This document shows, one piece after another, positions 36,947 to 48,195 of a stretch of DNA of 64,000 nt. How positions within the stretch are numbered: position 1 is the stretch's first letter; the number at the start of each line of letters is the position of its first letter. Position numbers and translations under genes: made by a program. Source of the DNA: an uncultured Actinomycetes bacterium (GTDB taxonomy: Bacteria; Actinomycetota; Thermoleophilia; Solirubrobacterales; 70-9). The stretch is from contig OY970316.1 of NCBI GenBank assembly GCA_963716545.1, positions 1,823,225 to 1,887,224 on the forward strand, given 5' to 3'. Below the pieces are notes generated by a model. It saw nothing but the letters and a program-made list of their open reading frames with translations. It was not told where the DNA came from and ran no database searches.

Positions 36947-39772
36947 GTGAAGAAGCTGGGGATCTCGATTGCCGTCGGCCTGATTACGGTCCTCGGCCTC
37001 GTCGCCGCGCCAGGGGCCAGTGCCGCCTTCGGCGTCAAGTCCTGGGAAGCCGGGACCTGCACGAAAGACATCCCCCAGTGCACGTACCAGAACGACCCGA
37101 GCCAGTTCTTCACCCAGGCCGCGGGGCGGCCCAATGTCGGCCTCACCGACTTCGTCTTCAACACCGACGGCCTCGGCCTCCCGGAAGGGAAGATCAAAAA
37201 CGTCCGGGTCGACTTGCCCGAAGGCCTGAACGTCAATCCGCAGGCCACCGCGCAGTGCCCGAAAGAGACCTTCGAAGCCGGCGCCGCCGGTTGCCCCGCC
37301 GGGAGCCAGGTCGGGGTCAGCGAAGTCACCTCGTTCAGCCTGCTGGAAATCATCCCGGCGCAGCTCTCGCTGCCGGTCTACAACATCGTGCCCGACCAGG
37401 GGCACCCGGCGCTGTTCGGGTTCAGCGTCCCGGTGATCAACAAGAACGTCTACCTGCAGGCCGACATCGCCTGGGCGACCGACTTCCACGAGGGCTTCAC
37501 GATCAGCGACATTCCCAACGAATTGCCGCTGACCGAGAACCGCCTCGTCTTCAACGGCCGCGCCGGCGACGGCACCTTCCTGACCATGGGTAGTGAGTGC
37601 AACGGCCCCTCGACCACGACCCTCGCGGTCGAAAGCTACGAAGAAGCCAAGGATGGGCCGATCCCGACGACCCCGCCGGCGAACATCGACGGTTGCCAGA
37701 AAGTTCCGTTCGCCCCCGGCCTCGACACCGGGGCCGGTGGCGCCACCACCGACACCGCGGCGCCGATCTCCGTCGCGCTCAACGTGCCGCAGGGCCAGGG
37801 CGGCGAACAGCTGAACGACTCGACCGTGAAGCAGGCGCAGGTGACCCTCGCCCGCGGCGTCGGCCTCAACCCGGAAGCGGCGGAAGGGCTCGAAGCCTGC
37901 ACCAACGCCCAGTTCCACGGCGCCCGCGGCGAAACCGCCGCCGTCGCCTGCCCAGCGAAATCGCAGATCGGCACGGTCAAGATCGAAGCGCCGGCGCTGC
38001 CGGCCGGCTCGCTGACCGGCAATGTCTACCTCGGCAACCAGCTCAGCCGCGACCCGACCTCGGGCCAGGAGTTCAGGATCTTCATCGCCGCCGCCTCGTC
38101 CCGCTACGGGGTCGAGGTGCGGCGCGAAGGGCGGATCAGCGCCAACCCGACGACCGGGCAGCTGACCACCACGGTCAGCGAAGCCCCGCAGGTCTCGTTC
38201 AGCTCCTTCCAGCTCAGCTTCGGCGGCGGCCCGACGAAAAAGCTGCCGCTGACCAGCCCGCCCGTCTGCGGCCCGAACACCTCCAGCGGCAAGATCACGC
38301 CCTGGTCCGGTAACGCCGCGGCCTCGCCCTCGACCAACCTGGCGATGAGCAAAGCGCCGGGCGGCGGGCCCTGCGCGAAGACGATGGCGGAACGGCCCTT
38401 CGCTCCGGGCTTCAGCGCCAAACCGGTCTCCGCTAAGGCGCTCGACTACACCCCGTTCCAGCTCAACATCACCCGCAACACCGGTCAGCAGGAGCTGAAG
38501 GGCGTCAACGTGATCCTGCCGCCGGGAGCGACCGCGAAACTCGCCGGCGTCTCCTACTGCACGCCGGTCCAGCTTGCCGCCGCCGCCAACCCCAAACGCT
38601 CCGGCGCCGAAGAGAAGAAAAAAGCGAGCTGCCCGTCCGACAGCGAAGTCGGTGTCGCGACGATCCGCTCCGGCTCCGGCAGCGCGCCGCTGACGATCAA
38701 CGGCAAGGCCTACCTCGCCGGCCCCTACCAGGGCGCACCGCTCTCGCTGGCGGTGGTCACCCCGGCACTCGCCGGCCCCTTCGACCTCGGCAACGTCATC
38801 GTCCGGGTGCCGCTCTTCGTCGATCCGGAAACCGCGCAGATCCATCCGGTGACGACGGCGATCCCCGACGTCTTCGGCGGCGCCAAGCTCGACATCCGCT
38901 CGATCTCGGTCAACGTCAACCGCCCCAACTTCACCCTCAACGGCACCAACTGCTCGCAGTTCGCGACCGAAGGGCTGCTCTACGGCGGCGGCGCCGACCC
39001 GACCAACCCGGCCACGTTCGGCACCGCCAAAGTCGCCGACCCGAGCAAACTTGCCGGCTGCGAAGCGCTCGGCTTCAAGCCGAAGATGAAGCTGCGGACC
39101 TTCGGCGCGACCAAGCGGGCCAAACACCCGAAGCTGCGGGCCGAACTGAAAGCCCGCTCCGGCGACGCCAACCTCAGCCGCGTCTCGGTGGCGCTGCCAC
39201 ACGCGCTCTTCCTCGACCAGGCGAGCCTCAGCGGCGTTTGCACCCGGGTCCAGTACGCCGCGCAGCAGTGCCCGAAGAAATCGATCTACGGCCGCGCTCG
39301 CGCCTTCTCGCCGCTGCTCGGCAAGCCGCTTGAAGGACCGGTCTACCTGCGCTCCTCGAACAACCTGCTGCCGGACATGGTCGCCCACCTCGAAGGCCAG
39401 ATCGACATCGACCTCGACGGCCGCATCGACTCCTTCAAGGGCGGCATCCGGACCACCTTCGACCGCGTCCCCGACGTCCCGGTCGAAAAATTCGTCCTCA
39501 ACCTTCGCGGCGGTAAGCACGGCCTGCTGGTCGCATCCCGCAACCTCTGCGCCAAAAAGCCGATCAAAGCGATCGTTCAGCTGAAAGGCCAGAACGGCAA
39601 GAAGGCCAACAAGCGGGTGAAGCTGAAGTCGCCGTGCCATAAGAAGAAGCACGGCAAGAAGCACAAGCAGGCGGGGGCAAGAAGGGCGGCAAGAAGCACG
39701 CCGCCAAAGGCGCGAAAGGGAAGCGGAGTTAGAACCCAGGTAACCCCGCCGGTCAGGGATCTCGACCCTTGA
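36947..39772 (+). CDS. large secreted four-module Cys-patterned protein, paralog B (3' tail possibly frameshifted)
   Basis: GAAGGAG SD before GTG 36947. Signal VKKLGISIAVGLITVLGLVAAPGASAA. Conserved blocks shared with A and C (e.g. AYLAGPYQGAPLSLAVVTPALAGPFDLGNVIVRV). The alternative frame after the G5 run at 39673-39677 restores a paralog-like tail ending at 39732. Confidence 0.8.
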   Translation: MKKLGISIAVGLITVLGLVAAPGASAAFGVKSWEAGTCTKDIPQCTYQNDPSQFFTQAAGRPNVGLTDFVFNTDGLGLPEGKIKNVRVDLPEGLNVNPQATAQCPKETFEAGAAGCPAGSQVGVSEVTSFSLLEIIPAQLSLPVYNIVPDQGHPALFGFSVPVINKNVYLQADIAWATDFHEGFTISDIPNELPLTENRLVFNGRAGDGTFLTMGSECNGPSTTTLAVESYEEAKDGPIPTTPPANIDGCQKVPFAPGLDTGAGGATTDTAAPISVALNVPQGQGGEQLNDSTVKQAQVTLARGVGLNPEAAEGLEACTNAQFHGARGETAAVACPAKSQIGTVKIEAPALPAGSLTGNVYLGNQLSRDPTSGQEFRIFIAAASSRYGVEVRREGRISANPTTGQLTTTVSEAPQVSFSSFQLSFGGGPTKKLPLTSPPVCGPNTSSGKITPWSGNAAASPSTNLAMSKAPGGGPCAKTMAERPFAPGFSAKPVSAKALDYTPFQLNITRNTGQQELKGVNVILPPGATAKLAGVSYCTPVQLAAAANPKRSGAEEKKKASCPSDSEVGVATIRSGSGSAPLTINGKAYLAGPYQGAPLSLAVVTPALAGPFDLGNVIVRVPLFVDPETAQIHPVTTAIPDVFGGAKLDIRSISVNVNRPNFTLNGTNCSQFATEGLLYGGGADPTNPATFGTAKVADPSKLAGCEALGFKPKMKLRTFGATKRAKHPKLRAELKARSGDANLSRVSVALPHALFLDQASLSGVCTRVQYAAQQCPKKSIYGRARAFSPLLGKPLEGPVYLRSSNNLLPDMVAHLEGQIDIDLDGRIDSFKGGIRTTFDRVPDVPVEKFVLNLRGGKHGLLVASRNLCAKKPIKAIVQLKGQNGKKANKRVKLKSPCHKKKHGKKHKQAGARRAARSTPPKARKGSGVRTQVTPPVRDLDP

Positions 39773-39879
39773 TCACTTGCTCTCCGCCGCATCGAAGGTC
39801 TAAGGTCCGTGTTGGGAGAGGGAATACGACGCCTTGCAGGGGCGGCGTAAAGCTGGATTAGGGGAACAAGGAGGAGTTG

Positions 39880-42867
39880 ATGGTAAGGCGCTCGATCGTG
39901 GTGCTGATGCTGTGTCTGGGGACTCTGTTCGCGATGTCAGCGTCCGCTTGGGCGGACACCGGCGACATCGTCGAAAAACAGAACGAACCGCCGACGAACG
40001 CCGACGGCTGGCAGGCCGGAACCTGCTTCGCCAACGAACCGGTGGCGGGAGTGAAGTGCGGCCCGAACACCGGCGCGGCCTTCTTCAAACAGGCCGGCGG
40101 GCATCCCCCGATCGGCTTCACCCAGTACATCATCCAGCACGAACCAATCACCGAAGCTCCACTCGAACTCGCGAACGGAACGCAAGTCCCGGTGGAAACC
40201 AAAGTCACGTCGATCAAAGAACCGGTCGAGGACCGCGACATCAAAACGCTGCGCGTCGACCTTCCCCCCGGCGAGACCGTCAACCCCAACGCCTTGCCGA
40301 AGTGCCCGGTCGCGACCTTTGAAGCCGGCGGCTGTCCAGAAGCCTCGCAAACCGGCGAAGAGGAAGTCACGGTCATCACCACCGTGCCGCACGCCGTTCA
40401 CGTCCCCGGCACCACCGAACCGGAACTCTTCCTGCCGAAAGGCGCGATCGTGCCGCCGACCCCCGGTCTGACCAAAGTCCCGGTCTACAACCTCGAGCCG
40501 CGTCCCGGTGAACCGGCTCTGTTCGGCTTCATCGCCGCCGGCAAAAAAGTGTTCCTGGAAACCGAGGTCGCCTGGGAGAGCGATTTCCACGAGAGCTTCC
40601 GGATCAAACTGGAACCGTCGGCGCCGCCGTTCGAAACGCTGATCAGCCGTCTGGTCAGCTTCGGCGACAACAAAACCGGCAACGGCACCTACATCAACAA
40701 CCCGACCACCTGTGAAGACCCGAACACGTTCCCGGACCTCTACTCGACCTGGTTCCGGGCCGAGTCCTACGGCGAACCGAACCCCACCTTCCCGCTCGGT
40801 TCGACCGCGCTAGAGGCAAAGGTGGAGGAAACGAACGGAGGCACGGGCACGCTGGTCCAGCAGACCGGCTGCGACAAAGTCCCGTTCACCCCAGGTGTGA
40901 AAACGACCCCCGGCACCGGCGCGATCGATTCGCCGGCCCCGGCCACGGTCGAGACCACGCTCAAATACCTGACCGGCGATGAAAGCGCCGTCCAGGAGTC
41001 CCACCTGAAGAAGGCGGTGCTCACCCTGCCGGCCGGCATGGGCCTCAACCCCTCCGGGGCGAACGGCCTGGTCGCCTGCACCGACGCCCAGTTCAAGAAG
41101 GGTCAGCGCGTCGAAACGAACGAATGCCCGCCCGACTCGCGGGTCGGCAGCGTCGAAATCGATTCGCCGCCGCTTTCGAAAACGCTCACCGGCCAGGTCT
41201 ACGTCGGCGAACCGAAGAGCACCAATCCCGAATCCGGCGAAGAGTTCCGGATCCTGCTCGAAGCCAAGGATGAAAAACAGGGCATCGACGTCCGCCTCGT
41301 TGGCAACGTCAAAGCCAACGCGACCACGGGTCAGCTGACCGCCGTGTTCAACGAAAAAGAGATCGGCGAATTCGCCGGAGCGTTGCCAGAAGGCCTGCCC
41401 CAGGTCCCGTTCACCTCGGTCCGGGTCAAATTCGACGGGCCGCGGTCCGTCCTGACCAGCCCGCCGACCTGTGCGGCGGCCGAAACCACGGGCCAGATGG
41501 AACCGTGGGCGCGGCCCGGCACGACGACTCCGGTGAGCGACAAGTTCAATCTCACCGGCGACCCAGGTGGCGGTGCCTGCCCGACCACGTTGGCCGGCCG
41601 CAAGTTCGCCCCCGGCTACTCGGCGAAGGTCGACAACAGCACGGCTGGCGCCTACAGCCCGTTCCGGGTCGCGATCACGCGTCCGGACGGACAGCAGGAG
41701 CTGAAGGTCGTCAACGTGACCCTGCCCAAGGGGCTGACCGGCAAGCTCGCCGGGGTCCCCTACTGCTCCGACGCGGCGATCGCTGCCGCTGCGGCTGCAA
41801 CGGGCAAGGCCGAGCAGGTCAGTCCGAGTTGCCCGACCGCCAGTCGCATCGGCGGCGTGCAGACGATCTCCGGCACCGGGGCGAACCCGCTCCGCCTGCC
41901 GGGCAGTGCGTATCTGGCGGGTCCCTACAAGGGCGCGCCGATCTCGCTGGTGACGATCGTCCCGGCGGTTGCCGGGCCGTATGACCTCGGCACCGTGGTC
42001 GTCCGGGTGGCGCTCAACGTCAATCCGGAAACCGCTCAGATCAACGCCGTGTCCGACCTGATCCCCGACGTGTTCGGAGGGGTGAAGCTGGACATTCGCT
42101 CGATTCTCGTCAACGTCGACAAGCCGGCGTTCATGAAGAACCCGACGAATTGCGCCTCCCAGGCGACGACGGGCACGATCAACGGCGGGGGCGCCGATCC
42201 GGCCAATCCGGCGGCGTTCAGCACCTACGCGGTCACCTCGCCGTTCGCGGCGGTGAACTGCAACGCGTTGAAGTTCAAGCCGAAGTTCGTTGCTCAGATC
42301 TTCGGCCCGACCAAGCGCGCCAAGTTCCCCCGCATCAAGGTCACCGTCAAGGCGAAGGAAGGTGAAGCCAACTTCGAACGGACGGCTCTCACCCTGCCGC
42401 ACTCGCTGTTCCTCGAACAGAGCCACATCCGCACCGTCTGCACCCGGGTGCAGCTGGCGGCCGCGGCCTGTCCGAAGGGGTCTGTCTACGGCCACGCCGA
42501 AGCCATCACCCCGCTGCTCGACGGCAAGTTGAAGGGGCCGGTCTACCTGGTCTCCTCGACGCACAAGTTGCCGGACCTCTTGGTCAACCTGCGCGGCCAG
42601 ATCCCGATCCGGCTCCGCGGCGTGATCAGCTCCAAGAATGGCGGTCTGAAGACCGTCTTCAACGGACTGCCGGACGTCCCGGTGAAGAAGTTCGTGCTGA
42701 ACATGTCGGGTGGCAAGAAGAGCCTGTTGGTCAACTCGACCAACACCTGTCAGAAGCCGCAGCGCGCCGTCCTGAAGCAGAAGGGCCAGAACGGCAAGAA
42801 GGCGAACAACAACAAGTTCAAGTTGAACGTCGTCAGCTGCAAGGGCAAGAAGAAGGGCAAGAAGTAG
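39880..42867 (+). CDS. large secreted four-module Cys-patterned protein, paralog C
   Basis: AGGAGG SD before ATG 39880. Signal MVRRSIVVLMLCLGTLFAMSASAWA. Same module order and Cys pattern. Tail ...VVSCKGKKKGKK. Confidence 0.85.
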   Translation: MVRRSIVVLMLCLGTLFAMSASAWADTGDIVEKQNEPPTNADGWQAGTCFANEPVAGVKCGPNTGAAFFKQAGGHPPIGFTQYIIQHEPITEAPLELANGTQVPVETKVTSIKEPVEDRDIKTLRVDLPPGETVNPNALPKCPVATFEAGGCPEASQTGEEEVTVITTVPHAVHVPGTTEPELFLPKGAIVPPTPGLTKVPVYNLEPRPGEPALFGFIAAGKKVFLETEVAWESDFHESFRIKLEPSAPPFETLISRLVSFGDNKTGNGTYINNPTTCEDPNTFPDLYSTWFRAESYGEPNPTFPLGSTALEAKVEETNGGTGTLVQQTGCDKVPFTPGVKTTPGTGAIDSPAPATVETTLKYLTGDESAVQESHLKKAVLTLPAGMGLNPSGANGLVACTDAQFKKGQRVETNECPPDSRVGSVEIDSPPLSKTLTGQVYVGEPKSTNPESGEEFRILLEAKDEKQGIDVRLVGNVKANATTGQLTAVFNEKEIGEFAGALPEGLPQVPFTSVRVKFDGPRSVLTSPPTCAAAETTGQMEPWARPGTTTPVSDKFNLTGDPGGGACPTTLAGRKFAPGYSAKVDNSTAGAYSPFRVAITRPDGQQELKVVNVTLPKGLTGKLAGVPYCSDAAIAAAAAATGKAEQVSPSCPTASRIGGVQTISGTGANPLRLPGSAYLAGPYKGAPISLVTIVPAVAGPYDLGTVVVRVALNVNPETAQINAVSDLIPDVFGGVKLDIRSILVNVDKPAFMKNPTNCASQATTGTINGGGADPANPAAFSTYAVTSPFAAVNCNALKFKPKFVAQIFGPTKRAKFPRIKVTVKAKEGEANFERTALTLPHSLFLEQSHIRTVCTRVQLAAAACPKGSVYGHAEAITPLLDGKLKGPVYLVSSTHKLPDLLVNLRGQIPIRLRGVISSKNGGLKTVFNGLPDVPVKKFVLNMSGGKKSLLVNSTNTCQKPQRAVLKQKGQNGKKANNNKFKLNVVSCKGKKKGKK

Positions 42868-42887
42868 CGCGACGGGTCTAGCGAGGC

Positions 42888-42925
42888 GCACCGGCGCGGA
42901 GGGCGAATACCCTCCGCGCCGGTGC
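42888..42925 (+). terminator. strong hairpin (16-bp perfect stem) after the third paralog
   Basis: gcaccggcgcggaggg-cgaata-ccctccgcgccggtgc. There is no U-tract. The 3' arm contains the GTG start of the GT2 gene. Confidence 0.6.
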
Positions 42926-43950
42926 GTCCCTCGCTCTCAGTCCTGATCGTCGCCTGGAACAGCCGCGAGGAGCTCTCGCGGACGTTGCCGGCGCTGCTGC
43001 CGGAGCTGGGGGAGGACGACGAGCTGATCGTCGTCGACAACGACTCCCCCGACGATTCCGTCGCCGTCGCCGAAGGGCTGGCGCCGCGGGCGCGGATCGT
43101 GCGGATGGGGCGGAACGTCGGCTTCACCGGGGGGGTGAACGCCGCAGCCGCCGCCGCAACCGGCGAGCTGCTGGTCACCCTCAACCCCGACGCGATGCCG
43201 CGGCCGGGCTGGGGCAAGGCGATCCGCGCTCCCTGGCGCGAGGGCCGTGGCTGGGCGGCCTGGCAGGCGCTGGTGACCGAGGCGGGGGGGACCGAGATCA
43301 ACTCCGCCGGTAACCCGGTCCACTTCACCGGCATCGTCTGGGCCGGCCGCCACGGCGAGCCGCTCGCCGACGCCCCCACCGAGCCGACCGAGGTGCCAGT
43401 CCTCTCTGGCGCCTGCCTGGCGATCCCGCGGTCGACCTGGGACGACCTCGGCGGCTTCCCCGCGCACTTCTTCATGTACCACGAGGACGTCGACCTCTCG
43501 CTCCGCCTCCGCCTCCGCGGCGGCACCCTGGGAATCGAACCCGCGGCCGTGGTCGAGCACGACTACGACTTCGCCGGCTCCACCCAAAAGTGGCGCTGGC
43601 TGGAGCGCAACCGCCTAGCCACCCTCACCCGCCTCTGGCCAACCCCCCTCCTGATCCTCCTCGCCCCCGTCCTCCTCGCCACCGAGCTAGCCCTCCTAGG
43701 GGTCGCCTCCCGGGGCGGCTGGCGTAGCCAAAAGCGCCTAGCCAACCAAGACTTCGCCCGCTCCCTCCCCCGCCTCCTCCGCGAACGCCGCACCATCCGC
43801 CGCCACCGCCGCATCAGCCCCGCGGAGTTCGCCTCGACCCTGACGGCCGACCTGGACTCACCTTTCATCGCTCCGGCCGCCCGCTCCGCGCCAGCCCGCC
43901 TCCTCCTCCGCACCTACTGGCGAGTAGTCCGAGTCCTCCTGGGCCCGTAG
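42922..43950 (+). CDS. family 2 glycosyltransferase (WbbL/rhamnosyltransferase-like)
   Basis: SVLIVAWNSREEL, VVDNDSPDDS (DxD region), RMGRNVGFTGGVNAA, LNPDAMPRPGW, FFMYHEDVDLSLRL. Confidence 0.85.
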   Translation: MRPSLSVLIVAWNSREELSRTLPALLPELGEDDELIVVDNDSPDDSVAVAEGLAPRARIVRMGRNVGFTGGVNAAAAAATGELLVTLNPDAMPRPGWGKAIRAPWREGRGWAAWQALVTEAGGTEINSAGNPVHFTGIVWAGRHGEPLADAPTEPTEVPVLSGACLAIPRSTWDDLGGFPAHFFMYHEDVDLSLRLRLRGGTLGIEPAAVVEHDYDFAGSTQKWRWLERNRLATLTRLWPTPLLILLAPVLLATELALLGVASRGGWRSQKRLANQDFARSLPRLLRERRTIRRHRRISPAEFASTLTADLDSPFIAPAARSAPARLLLRTYWRVVRVLLGP

Positions 43951-44055
43951 CGGGAGCCGGGATCACTCCCCCGGAGGCTCAAGCGGGACTCGCCCGAGCC
44001 CAGGCGGCTCGCCCAGCTGCGCGACGGTCTCCGGGGGAGTGATCCCGGCTCCCGC
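43950..44055. repeat. long inverted repeat: 27-bp perfect stem with a 52-nt loop
   Basis: gcgggagccgggatcactcccccggag (43950-43976) is the exact reverse complement of 44029-44055. It lies between the convergent GT2 and SDR genes. It shares its GCGGGAG...CTCCCGC termini with the repeat at 14964-15082. Confidence 0.75.
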
Positions 44056-44076
44056 CCGTCCCAATGAGAGAGCGAA

Positions 44077-44781
44077 CTACCCCGGCTGCCCAGCCGGCCG
44101 GATGAGGATCTCACCCACATCGACGTTAGCCGGCTGCTCCAGCGCGTACATCACGGCCCGGGCGATGTCCTCGTCCTGCAGGGCCCACTCGCCGGGGCGA
44201 TTGTCGAAGAAGGGCGTGTCGACCATCCCCGGCTCGATCAGCGTCACCCTGATCGCGTTGTTCTCGTGGGTCTGGCGGAGCTCGGCGCGGAGGTTCTGGC
44301 CGATCGCCGTCGCCGCCCACTTGGTCGCCCCGTAGAGCGAGCCCGGCATCGTGATTCGGCCGGCGATCGAGCTGGTGATCACGTAGTGGCCGGTGCCGCG
44401 CTCGAGCAGGTGGGGGAGGGTGGAGCGGATCGTCAGCGCCGGGCCGAGGACGTTGGTCAGGACCATCGAGCGCCAGTGCTCGACCGACTCCTCGAGGAAG
44501 CCGCGGCCGGCGCCGAAGCCGGCGTTGGCGAAGACCGCATCGATCCGGCCGAAGCGCTCCAGCGCCGCCGCCGTCATCGCCTCGACCTGGTCCCACTCGG
44601 CGACGTCGCAGCGGACCGCCAACGCGCGCTCGTCGCCACCCAGCTCCGCCGCCAGTTCCTCCAGCTTCTCGACGCTGCGGGCGGCGAGGACGAGGCGGTA
44701 GTCGTTGGAGGCGGCGCGCGCGGTGGCGGCGCCGATGCCGCTGGAGGCACCGGTGATCAGAAGTACGGGGTCGTCGGCCAT
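44077..44781 (-). CDS. short-chain dehydrogenase/reductase (SDR)
   Basis: C-terminal 234 aa of track ORF 44077..45333. ITGASSGIG, NAGFG, S...YGATK catalytic pattern. Confidence 0.9.
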   Translation of the reverse strand: MADDPVLLITGASSGIGAATARAASNDYRLVLAARSVEKLEELAAELGGDERALAVRCDVAEWDQVEAMTAAALERFGRIDAVFANAGFGAGRGFLEESVEHWRSMVLTNVLGPALTIRSTLPHLLERGTGHYVITSSIAGRITMPGSLYGATKWAATAIGQNLRAELRQTHENNAIRVTLIEPGMVDTPFFDNRPGEWALQDEDIARAVMYALEQPANVDVGEILIRPAGQPG

Positions 44782-44844
44782 GGCGGGGATTCTCGCAGGC
44801 GCAATGAGGCCGTGTCGCAGGAGTGCGATAATTCCGGCCGTCGT

Positions 44845-45238
44845 ATGGACCCCTCGCGCAAGCGAAAGATTCGGCTGGTCGTGGCGCTCAGCGTTGCCGT
44901 CCTCCTGGCGGTGGCGTTGATCTACACCTCCTTCTCGGCTTCGACCGAGGCGAAGGAGCCGTCCGAACTCACTACCGCCGCGGCCGGCACCACCGCCGAC
45001 CTGACCGGCAAGGTCGTCACCGGGTCGATCCGGCACGAAGGGAACGGCATCGCCTTCAAGGTCGTCGACCGCGATGGCCACGGCGCCCAGCTTCCCGTCA
45101 CCTACCACGGCACCATCCCGGACCCGTTCCGCGGCGGCCGCGAGATTGTCCTGACCGGCGCGATGAAGGAGGGCACCTTCGTCGGCGAACCGGAAACCCT
45201 GATCACCAAGTGCCCGTCGAAGTTCACCACGCAAAGCA

Positions 45239-45246
<8 letters not shown>
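44845..45246 (+). CDS. ccmE: cytochrome c maturation heme chaperone CcmE, Cys-type variant
   Basis: Tail of track ORF 44266..45246. N-terminal TM anchor IRLVVALSVAVLLAVALIY, OB-fold core (VTYHGTIPDPFRGGREIVLTG). The C-terminal motif is KCPSKF where canonical CcmE has HxxxY. Confidence 0.85.
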
Positions 45247-47797
<2,551 letters not shown>

Positions 47798-47809
47798 ACT
47801 TTCAGGACC

Positions 47810-48034
47810 GTGTTCACGATCTTCGGAATCATCCAGGTGATCATCGCCGTCGTGCTGGTCTTCCTGATCCTGCTCCACTCGGGCAAAGACGCCGGCCTCT
47901 CCGGCGCCTTCGGCATCGGTGGCGGCGGCAGCTCGATCGGCGGCGGCTCGATGGTCGAGCGCAACCTCGACCGCGCCACCGTCTTCTTCGCGATCCTCTT
48001 CGTCGCGAACACGATTCTGCTGCTGAAGATCTAG
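47810..48034 (+). CDS. secG: preprotein translocase subunit SecG
   Basis: 74 aa, two TM segments, LLHSGKDAGLSGAFGIGGGGS is typical of SecG. Confidence 0.85.
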   Translation: MFTIFGIIQVIIAVVLVFLILLHSGKDAGLSGAFGIGGGGSSIGGGSMVERNLDRATVFFAILFVANTILLLKI

Positions 48035-48195
48035 CGCCTCCGGCGCTCCTCCTGGTCGTACTCCGCTTTCAGAGCCGAGTCTGTGCTTCCCCGAACTGGG
48101 GACGTTCTCCGCTGCTCTGTAACCTCAGTTGACAAATCTCGTATCTGTGTAAACCTTACGGACGTTCGGCCCCCAAATGACAGAGGAGGCGAGCC

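Noticed and set aside
36845-39664. 939-aa ORF on the minus strand antisense to paralog B. Similar giant antisense ORFs occur at 33910-35145 (-), 40810-42891 (-), 45374-47878 (-), 61404-63926 (-), 3195-4412 (-), 9660-10934 (-), 13521-14816 (-), 29801-32041 (+) and 29904-31898 (-).
   Set aside because: Their translations are Arg/Gly/Ala/Pro/Asp-rich low-complexity strings with no motifs. They lie opposite or out of frame to ORFs with unmistakable family signatures. Long stop-free antisense frames are expected in DNA of about 70% GC.
33895-42867. Interpreting the three large paralogs as RHS/polymorphic toxins, LPXTG-anchored adhesins, SLH-domain S-layer proteins or PEP-CTERM proteins.
   Set aside because: There are no YD/RHS repeats, no C-terminal toxin or immunity pair, no LPXTG-hydrophobic-basic sorting signal, no SLH motifs and no C-terminal TM helix. 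The function is therefore left open.
48099-48169. Candidate alkB promoter and operator: a consensus TTGACA (48129-48134) flanked by direct repeats ggacgttc (48100-48107 and 48160-48167).
   Set aside because: No convincing -10 hexamer lies at proper spacing, and the repeats are direct rather than the palindromes typical of TetR operators. This is too weak to list as a feature.
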